Shown here one piece after another: positions 17,938 to 26,554 of a stretch of 64,000 bases of DNA (the first letter of the stretch is position 1; every line of letters begins with the position of its first letter). This stretch comes from Vulcanimicrobiota bacterium (GTDB lineage: Bacteria > Vulcanimicrobiota > Vulcanimicrobiia > Vulcanimicrobiales > Vulcanimicrobiaceae). The notes beneath the pieces are model-generated. The model did not search any database and had not been told where the DNA came from. It saw only the letters and a program-made list of their open reading frames with translations. The DNA lies in assembly GCA_963830545.1 (NCBI GenBank), contig CAWHMK010000002.1, positions 25,749-89,748 of the forward strand, in the 5' to 3' direction. Position numbers and translations under genes: made by a program.

Positions 17938-18593
17938 GCGAGCACCGCATAGTAGCCGGATAGCGCGAGCATCAGCGTCGCGCTCACGACCCCGGCGGCT
18001 TGAGCCACTGCGCGCCGCTGCAGCAACATAGTCGTGGCGTTCACACCGAAAGCAGCTGCCGCGATCGGCAATGCATGACCGAGCGAGAAGCAGGCAAGTA
18101 TCGCGCTTCCGTAGGCGATGCTGCCGCTGGCAGAGGTGTATGCGAGAATGCCGAGCACGAGAGGCGTGCAGCATGGAGAAACGACGAGCGCAAACGACGC
18201 GCCGAGCAGCAACGAACCGCCGGCACCGACGTTTTTGCAGCGCTGCAGATGGCCGCACGCTTCGGGTTCTCGCCAAAGCGTCACGAGGCCACCCGCCGCA
18301 AGGGCAGCCGCAACGAGGATGTAAATGAACGCCGAATATTTGCCCGCCGCGCTCAAAAGCGTCGACAGCACGCCGAACGCAGCATACGTCAGCGTCAAAC
18401 CGGTAATAAAAAAGAACGCAAGGGAACGCGCTTGCGCGGGAGTTTTCCCCGCGGTTAATCCGGCGATCGCGATAAACCGCGGCGCGACGCACGGACCGAG
18501 GCTCGAGAGTGCGCCGGCGGAAAACGCGAGCGGCGCCGCATAGACACTGCGGCTGCTGACTGCGGCGAGCCCCTGTGCGATCGGGTCGAACAC
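17934..18593 (-). CDS. ccdA: CcdA/DsbD-family transmembrane thiol-disulfide transporter
   Basis: 219 aa, about 6 TM. The two conserved core cysteines are present (SLGPCVAP, VVSPCCTPL). GTG 18593, 1 nt after the pilin stop. Confidence 0.8.
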   Translation of the reverse strand: MFDPIAQGLAAVSSRSVYAAPLAFSAGALSSLGPCVAPRFIAIAGLTAGKTPAQARSLAFFFITGLTLTYAAFGVLSTLLSAAGKYSAFIYILVAAALAAGGLVTLWREPEACGHLQRCKNVGAGGSLLLGASFALVVSPCCTPLVLGILAYTSASGSIAYGSAILACFSLGHALPIAAAAFGVNATTMLLQRRAVAQAAGVVSATLMLALSGYYAVLA

Positions 18594-18594
18594 G

Positions 18595-19065
18595 TCAGTT
18601 CCCCTGGCCCGACGCGGTCGTCATGCCCCCGGAATTATCGTATTTGATCGTCGTGTTCGCGGTAACCCCGGCCGGCTCGATCGACTTGAGCGTAGCGGGA
18701 TCGTGCGTGCCTGGGCACCAGATCTGATAGGACCAGACCCCGGAGGAGTCTTCTTGCGCCGTCACTTCGTCACTCCCGGACCCGGCGGGGTCGACGGGAT
18801 TTTGATTCCCCATGTACGTTGCCAAACCAGCGATCGCGTTTACGGGTGTCTGCGAAGCGATAGGGTAGGCTTCGTTGTCGGTGTAATACAATTCCATCGC
18901 GGTAGCGATCGTCTTCATGTTGCTCATGCAGGCCGATGTCGCCGCCTGCGCTCGAGCGTGCGTGAAATTCGGAATCAGTATCGCTGCGAGAATCGCAATG
19001 ATCGCGACGACGACCATCATCTCCAACAGCGTAAAACCGCGCTGAGCTTTCATCGATTGCTGCAT
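18595..19065 (-). CDS. pilA: Type IVa (pseudo)pilin
   Basis: Class III signal MQQSMKAQRG|FTLLEMMVVVAIIAILAAILIPNF (Gly-1, Phe+1, Glu+5). 156 aa. Cys46 and Cys117. SD GGAGG upstream. Confidence 0.9.
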   Translation of the reverse strand: MQQSMKAQRGFTLLEMMVVVAIIAILAAILIPNFTHARAQAATSACMSNMKTIATAMELYYTDNEAYPIASQTPVNAIAGLATYMGNQNPVDPAGSGSDEVTAQEDSSGVWSYQIWCPGTHDPATLKSIEPAGVTANTTIKYDNSGGMTTASGQGN

Positions 19066-19091
19066 GGTGCCTCCGAATCGTCAGTGCCCGT

Positions 19092-19763
19092 TCAAGCAGT
19101 CTTGGGGACCCAAACAGGTTGCATCTTTCGAAGAGCGGCTTTGTGCAACCGCGAAATGTGGCGGCGGGAATATCCCATGCGTTGCGAGAGCTCGGCTTGG
19201 CTGTAGCCGTTGCCGTAAAGCGCCAAGATAATCGTCCGCTCCGTCTGCGTGAGGCACGCCAGGGCCGCCTGAGCCATCAACCGGTCCTCACGCTCCTCCA
19301 GCGTGTAACTGTACGGGCCTAGTTCGTGCGGTTGCAACCGGTCGAGCGATTCAGGCACGGCTTGAGCGCGATAACGGGAAAGATCCTCGACCTCCCGAAG
19401 CGTGAGCTGCAAACGGTCTGCAACTTCATACATGCTCGGTTCTCGATGAAGTTCTGCGACCAAACGGTCGTGCATAACCTGATAGCGGCGGTCCAAGTCG
19501 CGAAGCCGCCGCGGTGCCCGCACCAGTCGTTCGTGGTCGCGAACGTAATGCATCAGTTCGCCGACGACGAATAGCCATGCGAACGCCTCGAACGGCGTTC
19601 CCGGCCCCTCGTCGAAACGATCGCAGGCTTTGATGAGGCCGATCGCCGCAATCTGCTCGAGATCGGCGCGATCCGCTCCACGCCGGCAGAATTTTCGCGC
19701 GCCCCGAGCGCAGAGGTACTGATATTCTTCGAAAAGCCGGTCCCGGTTCTCTCGTGCAATCAT
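19092..19763 (-). CDS. Sigma-70 family RNA polymerase sigma factor, group 3 (SigB/SigF/FliA-like)
   Basis: 223 aa. Region 2 DLEQIAAIGLIKACDRFD..FEAFAWLFVVGELMHYVRD. Region 4 HTH YSQAELSQRMGYSRRHISRLHKAALRKM. ATG overlaps the pilC stop (ATGA). Confidence 0.85.
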   Translation of the reverse strand: MIARENRDRLFEEYQYLCARGARKFCRRGADRADLEQIAAIGLIKACDRFDEGPGTPFEAFAWLFVVGELMHYVRDHERLVRAPRRLRDLDRRYQVMHDRLVAELHREPSMYEVADRLQLTLREVEDLSRYRAQAVPESLDRLQPHELGPYSYTLEEREDRLMAQAALACLTQTERTIILALYGNGYSQAELSQRMGYSRRHISRLHKAALRKMQPVWVPKTA

Positions 19764-20981
19764 TTCATATTTCCAATCAGGGTGTAGAGTGGGATGAAAA
19801 TAGCCGCGACGATAAAGCCGACGGCACCTCCGAGCAGTACGATCATCGCTGGTTCCAGCAGCGATCCAAGCGCACTGAGTAGCGTCTCGACGTCGAGATC
19901 GTAGTAATCGGCAACGCGCAGCAGCATAGCGTCCAGCTCGCCCGTTTCTTCGCCGACGCGAATCATTTGAACGAACATGGGCTCGTATAACCCGGATTGC
20001 GCAAGCGGCTCGGAAACGGAAGATCCTTCGCCGAGCGCGTCACGCAACTCGGCCATGCTTCGCCGCAGTGCCGCGCTGCCAAGCCCGCCGCCGACGACGC
20101 CGAGTGCTTCTACCAAGCCGACTCCCGAGCGCAGAAGCGTGCCGAGCGTCCTCGCAAGGCGAGCGACGTTCGCCTTTTTCGCAATCGCGCCGGCAAACGG
20201 CAACGAGAGCGTCACCGCCTCGATTGCCGCACTTCCGCGCCGATCGTTTCGCATCGTTGCGAAAGCAGCCACCGCCGCCAGCGAACAGACTGCCGTACAA
20301 ATCCACACGGCAGGGGAACTCAGTGCCGTGCCCGCTTCGATGAGCGCGGCGGTGATCGGCGGCAGCGGAACGCGCATCTCCGCGTACATGCCGCGAAACA
20401 TCGGAACGATCGTGGTCAGCAAGAAGATGACGAGCGCACCTGCCGCGCACGCAACGGAGGCGGGATATGCGAGCGCAGCAACCACGCGTTTGCGAATGGC
20501 GCGATCGCGTTCCAGTAACGTCGCTATGCGTTCCAGGACCTCCTCGAGAATGCCGCCGAGGCTCGCCGGCTCTGACCATGGCAACGAAGGATTGCGAGAA
20601 CGCTTTCGGATGCCGCGCCATCGCCTCGCTTAGCGGAAGCCCGTTTTCGATGTCGCTGAGGACGAAGCACAAAGACTCGCGCAGCCGCGAATCAGTGCAT
20701 GCCTCGATCGAGACCTCGAGCGAGCGCCTCAGCGGCACTCCGGCGCCGGCCATCGTAGCGACGGACCGGAAAAAGGTCACGAGACTTTTTTGCGAAGCGG
20801 TGCCTGCATGCAGGAGCGCTGTTGCCCGCCCGCGCGCGCTCGCAGCGTGCTCGAACGAGGTGACGTACAGCGCCCGCGTCCGTAAACCGGCAAGGGCGGC
20901 CGAGGCAGAGCCTGCTTGGATGGTGCCGCGAACGAACGCGCCCTGCATCGTGCGCGCGGTGTAGTAGTACGTCCAGTCCAC
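19760..20981 (-). CDS. pilC: Type IV pilus platform protein PilC/GspF (frame interrupted near 20560)
   Basis: ORF 20040..20981 gives the N-part up to ..FVAMVRAGE. ORF 19760..20584 gives ..SLGGILEEVLERIATLLER.. through to the C-terminus. Together 1222 nt = 3n+1. Confidence 0.85.
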
Positions 20982-20983
20982 TG

Positions 20984-22066
20984 TTAGGCCGTGCTTCGAT
21001 CCGGGGGTCGAACGTCGGCGGGGCGATCCGTAGCCGATCGCGCCGCTTCCAGCGTTATTTCGTGCAGCGCCGCCAGATCGGTCAAATGCGCTTCGAGCGT
21101 TTGCATCGCGCTCTGACGGCTGGTGGAAATGATGTTGCGTATTTGGTGCGTCTTACCGTCCCGGATGACCGTCCTGATTGCGTCGTTCGCAACGAGCACT
21201 TCCGCGGCGCATCTGCGCCCCTGTCCCGCTGCACGCGGCACCAGCCGCATGCAGACGACGCCGACGAGCGTTTGCGCGAGTTGCATGCGAACGAGATCTT
21301 GGGCTGCGCTTTCGAATACACCGACGATGCGATCCACTGTTTGCGCCGCGTCACCGGTATGTAAGGTGCTGAGCACGAGGTGACCTGTTTCCGCCGCAGT
21401 GAGCGCCGCGCGCATCGTCGCGGCATCGCGCATCTCGCCCACGAGTATGACGTCCGGATCGCTGCGAAGCGCTCCGGCTATTGCCCTTTCGAAGCTCCCG
21501 ACGTCGCATCCGAGTTCTCGCTGATCGATCACCGACCGATTCGACGCGTGCTCGTATTCGATTGGATCCTCAATGGTGATAATGTGCCGCGCACGCGTGC
21601 GATTGATCGATTCGACGATGGCAGCCAAGGAGGTCGATTTTCCACTGCCCGTCGGTCCCGCGAAAATCACCAGCCCTTGTCCTCTGCCGGCCCACTCGGA
21701 AACAACCGCCGGCAGATGCAGATCTTCCAAATTCGGCACGCCGGGCGAGAGCATGCGTATAGCTAAACACGTTCCGCGCGACGTGCGGTATGCGTGTACT
21801 CGGATGCGGCCGGCTTCGCCCTGCCTGCGGGTAATCGTGGCATCTCCGCTGTTTTCCAGCCGTCTGCGCGCCGCGTCATTCAGCAGCGAGGCGGCGACAG
21901 CGTCCACTTCCTCACGGCTGGGCACGATCGTCGGCTGCGCTTCGAGCGCGCCGTCGATTCGGAGAACCGGCGGAGTGCCCGCGGACAAGTGCACGTCCGA
22001 AGCGCCGCGCAAACGCGCGATACGAAATATCTCATCCAAACGGATCGAGGCGAGCGCAGCCGTCAC
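20984..22066 (-). CDS. pilT: Type IV pilus retraction ATPase PilT
   Basis: Start GTG 22066 (GTGA overlap with pilB stop). GASDVHLSAGTPPVLRIDG, Walker A GPTGSGKSTSL, Walker B ILVGEMRD. 360 aa, no T2SSE_N domain. Confidence 0.9.
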   Translation of the reverse strand: MTAALASIRLDEIFRIARLRGASDVHLSAGTPPVLRIDGALEAQPTIVPSREEVDAVAASLLNDAARRRLENSGDATITRRQGEAGRIRVHAYRTSRGTCLAIRMLSPGVPNLEDLHLPAVVSEWAGRGQGLVIFAGPTGSGKSTSLAAIVESINRTRARHIITIEDPIEYEHASNRSVIDQRELGCDVGSFERAIAGALRSDPDVILVGEMRDAATMRAALTAAETGHLVLSTLHTGDAAQTVDRIVGVFESAAQDLVRMQLAQTLVGVVCMRLVPRAAGQGRRCAAEVLVANDAIRTVIRDGKTHQIRNIISTSRQSAMQTLEAHLTDLAALHEITLEAARSATDRPADVRPPDRSTA

Positions 22067-23524
22067 GCGGCGTCCTCGACGACGAGCACTCGCTCCAATT
22101 CTTCGAGCGACGTCTCGCCTGTCTGTGCGAGATGCAGCCCGTGCGCGATCATGGGTTCGTAACCGCTTTGACGTGCCGCCTCCCCAAACTCGACGCTCGA
22201 CGAACCATCCGCTATCAATCCGCGCAGCATGTCGTTGATGAAGACGCACTCGAACAGTGCGAGCCTGCCGGTGTAGCCCGTTCCCGCGCAAACGCCGCAG
22301 CCTGATGCGCGGTATACACGTGTGCCTGCGTGCAGGCCGAGCTCGCGGGCGCTCGATGCCGGAACCTCGCACGAAATCCGGCATCGCTCGCAAAGCCGGC
22401 GTATCAATCGCTGGGCAATGATTGCCGAAAGACCCGCAGCGATGGTGCGGCGCGAAACGCCGAGTTCGACCAGGCGTTCAACCGCCCGCGGGGCGTCGTT
22501 ACTGTGAAGCGTCGTGAGAACGAGCTGACCGCTCAGCGACGCAGCCGCCGCAACGGAAGACGTTTCCTGGTCGCGCATCTCACCGACCATGATCACGTTC
22601 GGATCTTGCCGCAAGAACGCGCGAAGTGCCGATGCAAACGTGACCCCGGCCCGCACGTTCACCTGCACTTGAGCGACGCCCGGTATTCGCACTTCGACGG
22701 GGTCCTCGACGCTGCACAGGTTTTGCGAATCGACGTTGCGTTGCGCCATCGCAGCGTACAACGTCGTGGTCTTACCGCTTCCGGTAGGACCGCAGGCAAC
22801 GACGAATCCGTGCGGAGCATGAATTGCGCGGGCAAAGCGCTGCAGCATACCCTCAGGCATGCCGAGCGATTCGATGCTCGGAATACCGGCGTAATGATCG
22901 AGTAACCGCAGGACGAGCTTTTCACCGTGAATGGTCGGCATGGAACTCACTCGCGCCTCGATCGATCGACCGTTGCGCTCGATTGCGTAGCGTCCGTCCT
23001 GGGGCTGGCGCCGGTCCGCGATATCCATGCCGGCCAGCAACTTCACGCGCGAAACGACCTGGCCGTACAAGTCGGCGGTCAACAGACCGGATTCGAGCAA
23101 AATGCCGTCGACGCGTTGACGAACGCGGCCGCCTTTACGCGTGGGTTCCACATGAATGTCCGACGCGGCGCTTTGCACCGCACGCTCGTGAATGTCATCG
23201 AGTGCGCGAATCGCCGGAGCATCGTCGCCGCGAGCTGCGACCTCGCCGCTCCACGCGTATGCTTGTGAAAGCTTTTCGTGAATCGCTTCGCGCGAGGCAA
23301 CATAAGTCTCGCACGTGCATTCCGGTCACCAGCCGTACTCTGTCTATCACTTCGCGATCGCTCGCATCCGGCAGCGCGATCGTCAGTTGATTGCCGTCGC
23401 TGGAAAGAGAGAGCACGTCGTGGCGCAGCGCCAGCGACCGCGGAATCCGCCGCAGCGCATCGGCGTCCGGTACGACGGACGCCAAATCAATGGACTCGAA
23501 TGTCCCCTTGTCGATTGCAGTCAC
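22063..23524 (-). CDS. pilB: Type IV pilus assembly ATPase PilB/GspE (frame interrupted near 23310)
   Basis: N-domain ORF 23195..23524 (LALRHDVLSLSSDGNQLTIALPD) plus ATPase ORF 22063..23178 (GPTGSGKTTT, VIMVGEMRD, tetracysteine CERC..CGVC). 1462 nt = 3n+1. Confidence 0.85.
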
Positions 23525-23557
23525 ACCCGCCCCTCGCTGGTTTCGACGACAAACGGC

Positions 23558-23580
23558 TTGGAAACATATACCGTTTCCAA
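23558..23580. promoter_or_regulatory. Perfect 8-bp inverted repeat in pilB 5' region
   Basis: TTGGAAAC-ATATACC-GTTTCCAA, 34..56 nt upstream of the pilB GTG, in the relatively AT-rich 216-bp divergent intergenic region. Confidence 0.3.
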
Positions 23581-23740
23581 GGCCGATAGCAAGTTTTTAC
23601 CACATGATGTCAATACTTCGGTAACATTTCGGGCACCGAGGCCCTTAATGTCCGGCTTCTGAGCGATGCGGGCACCTGCGTTCAGATCGATTCGGTCCGC
23701 GTTCAACGCATTTGCGGCTCTATAAGGGAATACACGCGGT

Positions 23741-24631
23741 ATGCGAAAGGCCCATGTCATCTGCAGGCTCAGCTCTCGGCACGGTCTGGAATACTACCAG
23801 CGTCTCCAGCGCGAGCTCCCGCCGCGCGGGGTCGAGATTACCGAAGCGCACATGGTCCGGCGCCGAAAAGCGCTGAAAAAACGCATTCGGCAAGCGGTGC
23901 GGTCGGGTGCGCGGCTCATCATCGTCATAGGCGGAGACGGCACCCAGACGGCTGCCGTCGCCGAACTCGCGCACACGGATTGCGCGCTGGGAGTCGTGCC
24001 CGCGGGCACCGGGAATAGCTTCGCTTTCAGCCTGGGGATCAAGGACGATCTCGACGCCGCGATCGACACGATCGCCGAAGGGCGCGAGATCCGCGTCGAT
24101 GTCGGCATCGTCAACGGCACGTATTTCGCCAACTTCGCGAGCATCGGATTGATTGCCGACGCAGCGAATCGCACGCCGCGCGGGCTCAAGCGCGTGATTG
24201 GGCCGGTCGCGTACGGAATAGCGGCCATTCAGTCGCTCCTGCACGACCGGCCGTTCGAACTGCGTGTGAAATGGAAGCGCGAAACCCTGAAGATCGTCAC
24301 GCATCAAGCGATCGTCGCGAGCGGACGGTATTTCGGGTGGCAGCCGCTCACGCCGCAGGCGACGCTGCGCAGCGGCGATCTCGCTTTTTTTGCGGCGGAA
24401 GGCGATAAACCCCAAGACGTGATCGCCACGAATGCAGCGCTGTTGCGCGGAGGCCAAACCGAACTGCAGAACGCGCACTATTTCTCCGCGCCGAAAATCA
24501 CGGTCAAAGCCAAACCGAAACAGCCGCTCAACATCGACGGGCACGCGCTAGGAACGACGCCCGCGAAGTTCAGCATCGCACCCAAAGCGCTGCGGGTGCT
24601 CGTACCGCAGGACTTCCGTCCCCACACGTGA
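23741..24631 (+). CDS. Diacylglycerol/lipid kinase (YegS/DAGK catalytic family)
   Basis: 296 aa. IIVIGGDGTQTAA and VVPAGTGNSF motifs. Confidence 0.85.
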   Translation: MRKAHVICRLSSRHGLEYYQRLQRELPPRGVEITEAHMVRRRKALKKRIRQAVRSGARLIIVIGGDGTQTAAVAELAHTDCALGVVPAGTGNSFAFSLGIKDDLDAAIDTIAEGREIRVDVGIVNGTYFANFASIGLIADAANRTPRGLKRVIGPVAYGIAAIQSLLHDRPFELRVKWKRETLKIVTHQAIVASGRYFGWQPLTPQATLRSGDLAFFAAEGDKPQDVIATNAALLRGGQTELQNAHYFSAPKITVKAKPKQPLNIDGHALGTTPAKFSIAPKALRVLVPQDFRPHT

Positions 24632-25242
24632 CGCTGGAACTGCGGCTCGGCGGCGTTGCGCTTGCCCTGTTCGCGCTGTTCGTGGCAGTCGGGTTACGTG
24701 TCGCGAGGCGTCCGCTCGGCCCGCTCGACGCGCGCGCTGTGTGTTTTCGCGGACAACTGACGCCGCTCGCTCTCGTGTTTACGATGTCCGGGCGTTCGCG
24801 CGCGCTCACGTCGGCATGCATCGTCGCGATCGCGATGTACGCAGCGCTGCGCCTGCCAATCGCAATTCCAATCGCCATTTCGGCTTCACAACTCTTCTCG
24901 CAACTCACCGTCGAATTTTCGAAAACCTTGTTCAAGCGTATTCGACCGGATTATTGGCTCGTGGGGTTGGACGCGGGCCATTCCTATCCGAGCGGGCACG
25001 CCGTTACGGCGATCGTCTTCTTCATGGGGTGGGCGCTCGTCGTTGCCTTAGGTACGTTGCCCGCCCCCGTAAAAACCGTGTTCGTTACGGTGTTTGCGCT
25101 TTGGGCTCTGGCGATCGTATGGTCGCGCTTGGCGCTCGGCGCGCATTACTTGTCGGATGTTTTTGGCGGAGCGTTGTTCGGCGCCGCGTGGCTGTGCATG
25201 GCATTCACGCTTTCGACGCGGGTTTACGACGTTCTCAGATAA
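24628..25242 (+). CDS. PAP2-family phosphatase
   Basis: KTLFKRIRP, YPSGHA and SRLALGAHYLSD (the three PAP2 motifs). GTG 24628 overlaps the upstream stop (GTGA). Confidence 0.85.
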   Translation: MTLELRLGGVALALFALFVAVGLRVARRPLGPLDARAVCFRGQLTPLALVFTMSGRSRALTSACIVAIAMYAALRLPIAIPIAISASQLFSQLTVEFSKTLFKRIRPDYWLVGLDAGHSYPSGHAVTAIVFFMGWALVVALGTLPAPVKTVFVTVFALWALAIVWSRLALGAHYLSDVFGGALFGAAWLCMAFTLSTRVYDVLR

Positions 25243-25260
25243 CACGGGTAAAGAGAGCAG

Positions 25261-26547
25261 GTGATCATCCGGACGCTGGGATTGATCGTGGGCGGCGCTT
25301 GCTCGGCCATCGCGGCCGCAGCGCTCGTACGCGCCGCCACCGTCGCCGTAAGTTCGCCCGAGGATTGGACGCAGTTCCGCCTTCAAAGTTCGAACAACGT
25401 CGCGATGCCGGGCACGCTGCGAACGCAGTGGCGCAAGATCATGGATGGTCCGTTTTCGTCCTCACCGGTTATCGCCGGCGGCGTGCTGTACGTCGGCGAT
25501 AACAGCGGACGGCTCAGCGCGATCGATCCGAAAGATGGCCGCACGCTCTGGACCTATCGAACGAAGAATCCAATCATGTCGGCCGCAATCGTGTACGGCA
25601 ACGCAGTCATCGTCGGCGAAGGCGACGAAAACAGCCCGCAAGGTTCTTCGCCGTCACACCCGATTCGCGTCGGCCAACCGCCGAGCGCGCTCATTGCGCT
25701 CAATCGCCGCAACGGCGCCGTTCTTTGGAGCGTGCCGTTGCAGGGAAGCGGAATGCCGACGCCTGCCGTCGTCGACGGTGTGCTCGTGCATCATGACGGC
25801 GCCGGCCACGTCATGGGAATCGATCCGCTCACGGGCCGCGTGATCTACGATCGGAATTTACACTCGATCGCGTCGATGGCGGACGCGTTGCCGATGGGGC
25901 ACGGACGGTTCGTTACGACCGGCGTCGACGTTGATGCAGTCTGGCTCCTCGATGCAAAGGATGGATCGGTCGTCTGGAAATCCGCATTCGCTCCGGTCGC
26001 CTCCGGCACCGGCGATTGCCCGCCCGTGACCGACGGAGCGCGAGTTTACTGCAATTACGTCATGCCGCCGTCCAGCGCAACGCCCGTTCAAACCGAACGC
26101 ATGGCAAAATTCCGCGCGTACGCGATCGATGCGCGAACCGGCAAGAAAATTTGGGACGTGCTGCTCGAACAGGGTCCGCTGCCCAAGCGCAACGAGGCGG
26201 CGATTCCGCTGCTCGCGGAGGGCACCCTGTACATGGGAAGTTCCGTGGACTCCTGGCTTCACGCGATCGACCCAAAGAGCGGTGCGATGAAGTGGCGCTT
26301 GCGCACGCATGGCGCCGTGAAAGGCGGCATCGCAGAAGCCGGCGGAACGCTGTATTTCGGCGATCTTTCCGGTTACCTGTGGGCGATCGACGCAGCGAAC
26401 GGCGCAGTCGTCGGCGTGAAGAACATGCGCGCCGCATTCAACGTGGGCTCGCCGATTATCGCGGGACAAACGCTGATCATCGGCACGCAGGGCGGCTCTC
26501 TACTCGCGCTCCCTCTTTCCGAAATCCGTTCCGCTCGCGACCCGTAG
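25261..26547 (+). CDS. PQQ-like beta-propeller repeat protein (secreted)
   Basis: 428 aa with N-terminal signal. Repeated G.LY.GD..G.L.AID...G...W units (GVLYVGDNSGRLSAIDPKDGRTLW, GTLYFGDLSGYLWAIDAANG). Confidence 0.75.
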   Translation: MIIRTLGLIVGGACSAIAAAALVRAATVAVSSPEDWTQFRLQSSNNVAMPGTLRTQWRKIMDGPFSSSPVIAGGVLYVGDNSGRLSAIDPKDGRTLWTYRTKNPIMSAAIVYGNAVIVGEGDENSPQGSSPSHPIRVGQPPSALIALNRRNGAVLWSVPLQGSGMPTPAVVDGVLVHHDGAGHVMGIDPLTGRVIYDRNLHSIASMADALPMGHGRFVTTGVDVDAVWLLDAKDGSVVWKSAFAPVASGTGDCPPVTDGARVYCNYVMPPSSATPVQTERMAKFRAYAIDARTGKKIWDVLLEQGPLPKRNEAAIPLLAEGTLYMGSSVDSWLHAIDPKSGAMKWRLRTHGAVKGGIAEAGGTLYFGDLSGYLWAIDAANGAVVGVKNMRAAFNVGSPIIAGQTLIIGTQGGSLLALPLSEIRSARDP

Positions 26548-26554
26548 AGCCCAA

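Noticed and set aside
23608-23613. Perfect TTGACA -35 hexamer (minus strand) upstream of pilB
   Set aside because: No acceptable -10 lies at a 16-18 nt spacing (GCTATC or CTATCG). The TAAAAA nearby is only 8 nt away. There is not enough evidence to call a promoter.
23521-23760. 79-aa minus-strand ORF filling the pilB upstream region, with its stop overlapping the pilB GTG (GTGA)
   Set aside because: The GTGA overlap is tempting. However, third-position GC is only about 55-60% by hand count, against roughly 75% in neighbouring genes. The ORF covers the AT-richer divergent promoter region and the inverted repeat, its first codons overlap the opposite-strand kinase start, and no family is recognised. 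It is kept only as a low-probability possibility.
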